Translations under genes and position numbers: made by a program
In this document: positions 16,301-28,500 of the stretch, in pieces
Layout: every line of letters starts with the position of its first letter
Position numbering within the stretch: the stretch's first letter is position 1
Assembly (NCBI GenBank): GCA_964016885.1
Contig: OZ024743.1
Location: forward strand, 139,810,001-139,874,000
Direction: 5' to 3'
Length of the DNA: 64,000 nucleotides
Origin: Eledone cirrhosa
Taxonomy: Eukaryota
Notes under the pieces: model-generated
What the model was told of the DNA's origin: nothing
Database searches by the model: none
What the model saw: the letters and a program-made list of their open reading frames with translations, nothing else

Positions 16301-19243
16301 AAGCACCAAACACCAAACACCAAGCACCAAGCAGCAAACACCAAACAACAAGCACCAGGCACAAAGCACCATACACCAAACACCAAGCAGCAAGCACCAA
16401 ATACCAAACACCAAGCACGCCGCATCAAACACCAAGCACCAAGCACCAAGCACCAAGCAACAAACACCAAGCACCAAGCACCAAGTACCAAACACCAACC
16501 ATCAAGCACCAAACACAAAACACCAAGCACCAAGCACCAAGCACGAAACACCAGGCACCAAGCACCAAGCACCAAACACCAAGCACCAAACACCAAACAC
16601 CAAGCACCAAGTATCAAACACCAAGCACCAACCACCAAACACCAAGCAGCAAGCACCAATCACCAAACACCAAGAACCAAGCACCAAATACCAACCACCA
16701 AGCACCAAGTACATACACCAAGCACCAAACACCAAACACAAAACACCAAGCACCAAGCACCAAGCACCAAACACCAAGCCCCAAGCACCAAGCACCAAAC
16801 ACCAAACACCAAGCACCAAGCACCAAACACCAAGCACCAAGCACCAAACACCAAGCACCAAGCACCAAGGACCCAACATGAAACACCAAGCCCCAAGCAC
16901 CAAACACCAAACAGCAAGCACCAAGCAGCAAACACCCAGCACCAAGCACCAAGCCCCTAGCACCAAACACCAAACACCAAGCACCAAGCACAAAACACTA
17001 AGCACCAATCACCAAGCACCAAACACCAAGCAGCAAGCAACAAGCACCAAACACCAAAACCAAGCACCAAGCACCAAACACCAAACACCAAGCACCAAGC
17101 ACTAAACATCAAACACCAAGCACCAAGCACCAAACACCTAACACCAAGCACGAAGCACCAAGCACGATGCACCAAACACCAAGCACCAATCACCAAACAC
17201 CAAGCACCAAGCACCAAACACCAAGCACCAGGCACCAAGCACCAAACACCAAGCACCCAAGCACCAAGACCGAAGCAACAAACACCAAGCACCAAACACC
17301 AAGCACCAAACACCAAACACAAAACACCAAGCACCAAGCAGCAAGCACCAAACACCAAACACCAAGCACCAAGCACCAGACACCAAACACCAAGCACCAA
17401 GGACCAAACATCAAACACCAAGCACCAAGCACCAAACACCTAACACCAAGCACCAAGCACCAAGCCCCAAACACCAAGCACCAGGCAAAAAAAAAAAGCA
17501 CCAAGCCCAAAGCACCAAACACCAAGCACCAAGCACCAAACACCAAACCCCAAGCACCAAACACCAAACCGCAAGCACCAAGCACCAAACACTAATCACC
17601 AAGCACCAAGCACCAAGCACCAAGCATCAAACACCAAACACCAAGCACCAAGCACCAAACACCAAGCATCAAGCAGCAAACACCAAACAACAAGCACCAG
17701 GCACAAAGCACCATACACCAAACACCAAGCAGCAAGCACCAAACACCAAACACCAAGCACGCAGCATCAAACACCAAGCACCAAACACCAAGCACCAAGC
17801 ACCAAACACCAAACACCAAGCACCAAGTACCAAACTCCAAACAACAAGCACCAGGCACCAAGCACCAAACACCAAGCACCAAGCACCAAACACCAAACAC
17901 CAAGCACGCAGCATCAAACACCAAACAGCAAGCACCAATCACCAAGCACCAAGTACCAAACACCAACCACCAGCACCAAACACCAAACACCAAGCACCAA
18001 GCACCAAGCACGAAACACCAGGCACCAAGCACCAAGCACCAAACACCAAACACCAAGCACCAAACACCAGCCACCAAGCACCAAGCACCAAACACCAAAC
18101 ACCGAGCACTAAGCACCAAACACCAAACAACAAGCAGCAGGCACCAAGCACCAAACACCAAACACCAAGCACGCAGCACCAAACACCAAGCACCAAGCAC
18201 CAAACACCAAACACCAAGCACCAAGCACCAAGCACCAAACACCAAACACCAAACACCAAGCACCAAGAACCAAACACCAAACACCAATCAGCAAGCACCA
18301 AGCACCAAACACCAAGCACCAAACACCAAACCCCAAGCACCATTCACCAAACACTAATCACCAAGCACCAAGCACCAAACAACAAGCACAAAGCACCAAG
18401 CACCAGGCACCAAGCACCAAGCACCAAACACTAATCACCAAGCACCAAGCACCAAGCACCAAACACCAAGCACCAAGCACCAAGCACCAAACACCAAGCA
18501 CCAAGCACCAAACACCAAACACCAAGCACCAAACACCAAGCAGCAAGCACCAAGCACCAAGCACCAAACAATAAGCACCAAGCACCAAGCACCAAACACC
18601 AAGCCCCAAGCACCAAACACCAACCACCCAGCACCAAGCACCAAGCACCAAACACCAAGCACCAAACACCAAACACCAAACACCAAGCACCAAGCACCAA
18701 GCACCAAACACCAAGCACCAAGCACTAAGCACCAAACACCAAGCCCCAAGCACCAAGCACCAAATACCAAGCACCAAACACCAAGCACCAAGCACCAAGC
18801 ACCTAGCACCAAACACCAAACACCAATCACCAAGCACCAAACACCAAGCAGCAAGCAGCAAGCACCAAACACCAAACACCAAGCACCAAGCACCAAACAC
18901 CAAGCACCAAGGACCAAACATCAAACACCAAGCACCAAGCACCAAACACCTAACACCAAGCACCAAGCACCAAGCACCAAGCACCGAACACCAAGCACAT
19001 AACACCAAGCACCAAACACCAAGCACCAAGCACCAAACACCAAGCACCAAACACCAAGCACCAAGAACCAAGCCCCAAACACCAAGCACCAGGCACCAAG
19101 CACCAAACACCAAGCACCATGCACCAAGCACCATGCCCCAAACACTTAACACCAAGCACCAAGCACCAAGCACCAAACACCAATCACCAAAAACCAAACA
19201 CCAAGCACCAAGTACCAAACACCAAGCACCAAGCACCAAACAA
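11762..19243. repeat. 3741-bp near-perfect tandem duplication (about 11762-15502 and about 15503-19243)
   Basis: Many ORF pairs are offset by 3741 (11782/15523, 12209/15950, 12761/16502, 13426/17167, 15180/18921). Shared private variants include CACCCAAG (about 13513/17254) and CAGG-C-A11-G-CACCAAG-CCCAAAG. Confidence 0.93.
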
Positions 19244-22200
19244 CAAGCACCAAGCACCAATCACCAAACACCAAGAACCAAGCACCAAACACCAAGCACC
19301 ATGCACCAAGCACCAGGCACCAAGCACCAAGCACCAAACACAAAACACCAAGCACCAAGCTCCAAGCAGCAAACACCAAGCATCAAACACCAAACACCAA
19401 ACACCAAGCACCAAACACCAAGCACCAAGCACCAAACACGAAACACCAAGCACCAAGCACCAAGCACCAAACACCAAACACCAAGCACCAAACACCAGAT
19501 ACCAAGCACCAAGCACCAAACACCAAACACCAAGCACCAAGCACCAAACACCAAACAACAAGCACCAGGCACCAAGCACCAAACACCAAACACCAAGCAC
19601 CAAGCACCAAACACCAAATACCAAGCACGCAGCATCAAGCACCAAACACCAAGCACCAAGCACCAAACAGCAAGCACCAAACACAAAGCACCAAGCACCA
19701 AACACCAAGCACCAAGCACCAAACACCAAGCACCAAGCACCAAACACCAAACCACAAGCACCAAACACCAAACCCCAAACACCAAGCACCAAACACTAAT
19801 CACCAAGCACCAAGCACCAAACAACAAGCACCAAGCACCAAGCACCAGGCACCAAGCACCAAGCACCAAAGACTAATCACCAAGCACCAAGCACCAAGCA
19901 CCAACCACCAAGCACCAAGCACCAAGCACCAAACACCAAGCACCAAGCACCAAACACCAAACACCAAGATCCAAAGACCAAGCACCAAGCAGCAAGCACC
20001 AAACACCAAACACCAAGCACCAAGCACCAAACACCAAGCACCAAGGACCAAACATCAAACACCAAGCACCAAGCACCAAATACCTAACACCAAGCACCAA
20101 GCACCAAGCACCAAGCACATAACACCAAGCACCAAACACCAAGCACCAAACACCAAGCACCAAGCACCAAACACCAAGCACCAAACACCAAGCACCAAGC
20201 ACCAAGCACCAAATACCAAGCACCAGGCACCAAGCACCAAACGCCAAGCACCATGCACCAAGCACCAATCCCAAATACTTAAAACCAAGCACCAAGCACG
20301 AAACACCAAGCACCAAGCACCAATCACCAAACAGCAAGAACCAAGCACCAAACACCAAGCACCAAGTACCAAGCACCAAGCAGCAAACACCAAGCATCAA
20401 ACACCAAACACCAAACACCAAGCACCAAACACCAAGCACCAAGCACCAAACACCAAAGCCCAAGCACCAAGCACCAAGCACCAAACACCAAACACCAAGC
20501 ACCAAGCACCAAACACCAAACAACAAGCACCAGGCAACAAGCTCCAAACACCAAACAACAAGCACGCAGCATGAAACACCAAGCACCAAGCACTAAACAC
20601 CAAACACCAAGCACCAAACACCAGCCACCAAGCACTAAGCACCAAACACCAAACAACAAGCAGCAGGCACCAAGCACCAAACACCAAACACCAAGCACGC
20701 AGCACCAAACACCAAGCACCAAGCACCAAGCACCAAACACCAAACAGCAAGCACCAATCACCAAACACCAAGCACCAAACACCAAACCCCAAGCACCAAT
20801 CACCAAACACTAATCACCAAGCACCAAGCACCAAACACCAAGCACCAAGCAGCAAGCACCAAACACCAGCCACCAAGCACTAAGCACCAAACACCAAACA
20901 ACAAGCAGCAGGCACCAAGCACCAAACACCAAACACCAAGCACGCAGCACCAAACACCAAGCACCAAGCACCAAGCACCAAACACCAAACACCAAGCACC
21001 AAACACCAAACCCCAAGCACCAATTACCAAACACTAATCACCAAGCACCAAGCACCAAACACCAAGCACCAAGCAGCAAGCACCAAACACCAAGCACCAA
21101 GCACCAAGCACCACGCACCAAACACCCAGCACCAAGCACCAAACACCAAACACCAAACACCAAGCACCAAGCAGCAAACAGCAAGCACCAAACACCAAGC
21201 ACCAAACACCAAGCACCAAGCACCAAACACAAAGCACCAAGCACCAAACAGCAGACACCAAGCACCAAGCACCAAACACCAAGCACCAAGCACCAAGCCC
21301 CTAGCACCAAACACCAAACACCAAGCAAAAAGCACAAAACACCAAGCACCAATCACCAAACACCAAACAACAAGCAGCAAGCAGCAAGCACCAAACACCA
21401 AACACCAAGCACCAAGCACCAAATACCAAACACCAAGCACCAAGGACCAAACATCAAACACCAAGCACCAAGCACCAAACGCCTAACACCAAGCACCAAG
21501 CACCAAGCACCAAGCACCAAACACCAAGCACCAAACACCAAGCAACAAGCACCAAGCACCAGGCACCAAGCACCAAGCACCAAACACAAAACACCAAGCA
21601 CCAAGCACCAAGCAGCAAACACCAAGCATCAAACACCAAACACCAAACACCAAACACCAAACACCAAGCACCAAGCACCAAACACCAAACACCAAGCACC
21701 AAGCACCAAACACCAAACACCAAGCACCAAACACCAGATACCAAGCACCAAGCACCAAACACCAAACACCAAGCACCAAGCACCAAACACCAAACAACAA
21801 GCACCAGGCACCAAGCACCAAACACCAAGCAGCAAGCACCAAACACCAAACACCAAGCACGCAGCATCAAACACCAAGTACCAAGCACCAAGCACCAAAC
21901 ACCAAGCACCAAGCACCAAACACCAAGCACCAAACACAACGCACCAAGCAACAAACACCAAGCACCAAGCACCAAACACCAAGCACCAAGCACCAAACAC
22001 CAAACCACAAGCACCAAACACCAAACCCCAAGCACCAAGCACCAAACACTAATCACCAAGCACCAAGCACCAAACAACAAGCACCAAGCACCAAGCACCA
22101 GGCACCAAGCACCAAGCACCAAACACTAATCACCAAGCACCAAGCACCAAGCACCAAACACCAAGCACCAAGCACCAAGCACCAAACACCAAGCACCAAG

Positions 22201-22730
22201 CGCCAAACACCAAACACCAAGATCCAAAGACCAAGCACCAAGCACCAAGCACCAAGCACCAAACAATAAGCACCAAGCACCAAACACCAAGAACCAAGCA
22301 CCAAGCACCAAACACCAAGCACCAAACACCAAACACCAAGCACCAAGCACCAAGCACCAAGCACCAAACACCAAGCACCAAGCACTAAGCACCAAACACC
22401 AAGCCCCAAGCACCAAGCACCAAACACCAAACACCAAGCACCAAGCACCAAACACCAAGCACCAAGCACCAAGCACCTAGCACCAAACACCAAACACCAA
22501 GAACCAAGCACCAAACACCACACACCAATCACCAAGCACCAAACACCAAGCACCAAGCACCAGACACCAAGCACCAAGGACCAAAAAATCAAACACCAAG
22601 CACCAAGCACCAAACACCTAACACCAAGCACCAAGCACCAAGCACCAAGCACCAAACACCAAGCACCAAAGACCAAGCACCAAGCACCAAGCACCAAATA
22701 CCAAGCACCAGGCACCAAGCACCAAACACC
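19244..22730. repeat. Transition zone of more individually diverged monomers between the two HOR domains
   Basis: Contains variants I did not see elsewhere (GACTAAT 19871, CCCAAA-TACTTAA-AACCAAG about 20270-20289, CAATTACC about 21021) and the first GATCCAAAGACC landmark (19968). A local duplication of about 224-245 bp lies at about 20615-21090. Confidence 0.65.
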
Positions 22731-22736
22731 AAGCAC

Positions 22737-24416
22737 CATGCACCAAGCACCAAGCTCCAAACACTTAACACCAAGCACCAAGCACGAAACACCAAGCACC
22801 AAAAACCAAACACCAAGCACCAACTACTAAACACCAAGCACCAAGCACCAAACAGCAAGCACCAAGCACCAATCACCAAACACCAAGAACCAAGCACCAA
22901 ACACTAAGCAGCAAGGACCAAGCAACAGGCACCAAGCACCAAGCACCAAACACAAAACACCAAGCACCAAGCACCAAGCAGCAAACACCAAGCATCAAAC
23001 ACCAAACACCAAACACCAAGCACCAAACACCAAGCACCAAGCACCAAACACCAAACCCCAAGCACCAAGCACCAAGCACCAAACACCAAACACCAAGCAC
23101 CAAACACCAAACACCAAGCACCAAGCCCCAAACACCAAACAACAAGCACCAGGCACCAAGCACCAAACACCAAACACCAAGCGCGCAGCATCAAACACCA
23201 AGCACCAAGCACCAAATACCAAACACCAAGCACCAAACACCAGCCACCAAGCACCAAGCACCAAACACCAAACACCAAGCACTAAGCACCAAACACCAAA
23301 CAACAAGCAGCAGGCACCAAGCACCAAACACCAAACACCAAGCACGCAGCACCAAACACCAAGCACCAAGCACCAAGCACCAAACACCAAACAGCAAGCA
23401 CCAAGCACCAAACACCAAGCACCAAACACCAAACACCAAACACCAAGCACCAAGCACCAAACAGCAAGCACCAAACACCAAGCACCAAACACCAAGCAAA
23501 AAGCACAAAACACCAAGCACCAATCACCAAACACCAAACACCAAGCAGCAAACAGCAAGCACCAAACACCAAACACCATGCACCAAGCACCAAGCTCCAA
23601 ACACTTAACACCAAGCACCAAGCACGAAACACCAAGCACCAAAAACCAAACACCAAGCACCAACTACTAAACACCAAGCACCAAGCACCAAACACCAAGC
23701 ACCAAGCACCAATCACCAAACACCAAGAACCAAGCACCAAACACTAAGCAGCAAGGACCAAGCAACAGGCACCAAGCACCAAGCACCAAACACAAAACAC
23801 CAAGCACCAAGCACCAAGCAGCAAACACCAAGCATCAAACACCAAACACCAAACACCAAGCACCAAACACCAAGCACCAAGCACCAAACACCAAACCCCA
23901 AGCACCAAGCACCAAGCACCAAACACCAAACACCAAGCACCAAACACCAAACACCAAGCACCAAGCACCAAACACCAAACAACAAGCACCAGGCACCAAG
24001 CACCAAACACCAAACACCAAGCACGCAGCATCAAACACCAAGCACCAAGCACCAAACACCAAACACCAAGCACCAAACACCAGCCACCAAGCACCAAGCA
24101 CCAAACACCAAACACCAAGCACTAAGCACCAAACACCAAACAACAAGCAGCAGGCACCAAGCACCAAACACCAAACACCAAGCACGCAGCACCAAACACC
24201 AAGCACCAAGCACCAAGCACCAAACTCCAAACAGCAAGCACCAAGCACCAAACACCAAGCACCAAACACCAAACACCAAACACCAAGCACCAAGCACCAA
24301 ACAGCAAGCACCAAACACCAAGCACCAAACACCAAGCAAAAAGCACAAAACACCAAGCACCAATCACCAAACACCAAACACCAAGCAGCAAGCAGCAAGC
24401 ACCAAACACCAAACAC
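22737..24416. repeat. 840-bp (120-monomer) tandem duplication
   Basis: CATG-CACCAAG-CACCAAG-CTCCAAA-CACTTAA occurs at 22737 and 23577. Lines 22741-23580 match lines 23581-24420 in register; ORF pairs 22904/23744 and 23191/24031. Confidence 0.95.
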
Positions 24417-26629
24417 CAAGCAGCAAGCAGCAAGCACCAAATACCAAACACCAAGCACCAAGCACCAAATACCAAACACCAAGCACCAAGGACCAAACAT
24501 CAAACACCAAGCACCAAGCACCAAACGCCTAACACCAAGCACCAAGCACCAAGCACCAAGCACCAAACACCAAGCACCAATCACCAAACACCAAGCACCA
24601 AGCACCAAACACCAAGCACCAGGCACCAAGCACCAAACACCAAGCACCAAGCACCAAACTCCAAGCACCAACCACAAAGCACCAAGCACCAAACACCAAA
24701 CCCCAAGCACCAAACACCAAACCTCAAGCACCAAGCACCAAACACTAATCACCAAACACCAAGCACCAAACAACAAGCACAAAGCACCAAGCACCAGGCA
24801 CCAAGCACCAAGCACCAAACACTAATCACCAAGCACCAAGCACCAAAGACCAAACACCAAGCACCAAAGACCAAGCACCAAGCACCAAGCACCAAACAAT
24901 AAGCACCAAGCACCAAGCACCAAACACCAAGCACCAAGCACCAAACACCAACCACCCAGCACCAAGCACCAAGCACCAAACACCAAGCACCAAACACCAA
25001 ACACCAAACACCAAGCACCAAGCACCAAGCACCAAACACCAAGCACCAAGCACTAAGCACCAAACACCAAGCCCCAAGCACCAAGCACCAAATACCAAAC
25101 GCCAAGTACCAAGCACCAAACACCAAGCACCAAGCACCAAGCACCTAGCACCAAACACCAAACACCAAGCACCAAGCACCAAACACCAAGCACCAATCAC
25201 CAAGCACCAAACACCAAACACCAAGCAAAAAGCACAAAACACCAAGCACCAATCACCAAGCACGAAACACCAAGCAGCAAGCAGCAAGCACCAAACACCA
25301 AACACCAAGCACCAAACACCAAATACCAAACACCAAGCACCAAGGACCAAACATCAAACACCAAGCACCAAGCACCAAGCACCAAGCACCAAACACCAAG
25401 CACCAATCACCAAACACCAAGCACCAAACACCAAACACCAAGCACCAAACTCAAAGCACCAAGCTCCAAACACCAAACCCCAAGCACCAAACACCAAACC
25501 TCAAGCACCAAGCACCAAACACTAATCACCAAGCACCAGGCACCAAACAACAAGCACAAAGCACCAAGCACCAAACACCAAGCAAAGCACCAAACACCAA
25601 ACACCAAGCACCAAACACTAAGCACCAAGCACCAAGCACCAAGCACCAAACATTAAGCACCAAGCACCAAGCACCAAACACCGAGCACCAAACACCAACC
25701 ACCCAGCACCAAGCACCAAGCACCAAACACCAAGCACCAAACACCAAACACCAAACACCAAGCACCAAGCACCAAGCAACAAACACCAAGCACCAAGCAC
25801 TAAGCACCAAACACCAAGCCCTAAGCACCAAGCACCAAATACCAAACACCAAGTACCAAGCACCAAACACCAAGCACCAAGCACCAAGCACCTAGCACCA
25901 AACACCAAACACCAAGCACCAAGCACCAAACACCAAGCACCAATCACCAAGCACCAAACACCAAGCAGCAAGCAGCAAGCACCAAACACCAAACACCAAG
26001 CACCAAGCACCAAACACCAAGCACCAAGGACCAAACATCAAACACCAAGCACCAAGCACCAAACACCTAACACCAAGCACCAAGCACCAAGCACCAAGCA
26101 CCGAACACCAAGCACATAACACCAAGCACCAAACACCAAGCAACAAGCACCAAACACCAAGCACCAAACACCAAGCACCAAGAACCAAGCACCAAACACC
26201 AAGCACCAGGCACCAAGCACCAAACACCAAGCACCATGCACCAAGCACCAAGCCCCAAACACTTAACACCAAGCACCAAGCACCAAGCACCAAACACCAA
26301 TCACCAAAAACCAAACACCAAGCACCAAGTACCAAACACCAAGCACCAAGCACCAAACAACAAGCACCAAGCACCAATCACCAAACACCAAGAACCAAGC
26401 ACCAAACACCAAGCACCAAGCACCAAGCACCAGGCACCAAGCACCAAGCACCAAACACAAAACACCAAGCACCAAGCACCAAGCAGCAAACACCAAGCAT
26501 CAAACACCAAACACCAAACACCAAGCACCAAACACCAAGCACCAAGCACCAAACACGAAACACCAAGCACCAAGCACCAAGCACCAAACACCAAACACCA
26601 AGCACCAAACACCAGATACCAAGCACCAA

Positions 26630-28500
26630 GCACCAAACACCAAACACCAAGCACCAAGCACCAAACACCAAACACCAAGCACGCAGCATCAAACACCAAG
26701 CACCAAGCACCAAGCACCAAACACCAAGCACCAAGCACCAAACACCAAGCACCAAACACAAAGCACCAAGCACCAAACACCAAGCACCAAGCACCAAACA
26801 CCAAGCACCAAGCACCAAACACCAAACCACAAGCACCAAACACCAAACACCAAACCCCAAGCACCAAGCACCAAACACTAATCACCAAGCACCAAGCACC
26901 AAACAACAAGCACCAAGCACCAAGCACCAGGCACCAAGCACCAAGCACCAAACACTAATCACCAAGCACCAAGCACCAAGCACCAAACACCAAGCACCAA
27001 GCACCAAGCACCAAACACCAAGCACCAAGCACCAAACACCAAACACCAAGATCCAAAGACCGAGCACCAAGCACCAAGCACCAAGCACCAAACAATAAGC
27101 ACCAAGCACCAAACACCAAGCACCAAGCACCAAACACCAACCACCCAGCACCAAGCACCAAGCACCAAACACCAAGCACCAAACACCAAACACCAAGCAC
27201 CAAGCACCAAGCACCAAGCACCAAACACCAAGCACCAAGCACTAAGCACCAAACACCAAGCCCCAAGCACCAAGCACCAAACACCAAACACCAAGCACCA
27301 AGCACCAAACACCAAGCACCAAGCACCAAGCACCTAGCACCAAACACCTAGCAGCAAGCAGCAAGCACCAAACACCAAACACCAAGCACCAAGCACCAAA
27401 CACCAAGCACCAAGGACCAAACATCAAACACCTAGCACCAAGCACCAAACACCTAACACCAAGCACCAAGCACCAAGCACCAAGCACCGAAAACCAAGCA
27501 CCAAACACCAAGCACCAAACACCAAGCACCAAGCACCAAACACCAAGCACCAAGCACCAAGCACCAAACACCAAACACCATGCACCAAGCACCAAACACC
27601 AAACAACAAGCACCAGGCACCAAGCACCAAACACCAAACACCAAGCACCAAGCACCAAACACCAAACACCAAGCACGCAGCATCAAACACCAAGCACCAA
27701 GCACCAAGCACCAAACACCAAGCACCAAGCACCAAACACCAAGCACCAAAAACAAAGCACCAAGCACCAAACACCAAGCACCAAGCACCAAACACCAAGC
27801 ACCAAGCACCAAACACCAAACCACAAGCACCAAACACCAAACACCAAACCCCAAGCACCAAGCACCAAACACTAATCACCAAGCACCAAGCACCAAACAA
27901 CAAGCACCAAGCACCAAGCACCAGGCACCAAGCACCAAGCACCAAACACTAATCACCAAGCACCAAGCACCAAGCACCACACACCAAGCACCAAGCACCA
28001 AGCACCAAACACCAAGCACCAAGCACCAAACACCAAACACCAAGATCCAAAGACCGAGCACCAAGCACCAAGCACCAAGCACCAAACACCAAGCACCAAG
28101 CACCAAACACCAAACACCAAGATCCAAAGACCGAGCACCAAACACCAAGCACCAAGCACCAAACACCAACCACCCAGCACCAAGCACCAAGCACCAAACA
28201 CCAAGCACCAAACACCAAACACCAAGCACCAAGCACTAAGCACCAAACACCAAGCCCCAAGCACCAAGCACCAAAGACCAAACACCAAGCACCAAGCACC
28301 AAACACCAAGCACCAAGCACCAAGCACCTAGCACCAAACACCAAGCAGCAAGCAGCAAGCACCAAACACCAAACACCAAGCACCAAGCACCAAACACCAA
28401 GCACCAAGGACCAAACATCAAACACCAAGCACCAAGCACCAAACACCTAACACCAAGCACCAAGCACCAAGCACCAAGCACCGAACACCAAGCACCAAAC
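26630..28500. repeat. About 994-bp (142-monomer) imperfect tandem duplication, with a third related copy at +2407
   Basis: ORF pairs 26689/27683, 26882/27876 and 26959..27333/27953..28327 are offset by 994; 27949..28446/30356..30853 by 2407. Confidence 0.8.

Larger units (their letters stand above)
1..19240. repeat. Left HOR domain (subfamily 1), irregular 2.2-3.7 kb higher-order units
   Basis: Landmark ACAAATTAGC at 71, 2271, 5953, 8405, 12068 and 15809 (spacings 2200, 3682, 2452, 3663, 3741). Landmarks GTACATAC, GGACCCAACATG, GTATCAAAC and the A11 tract were seen only in this domain. Confidence 0.9.
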
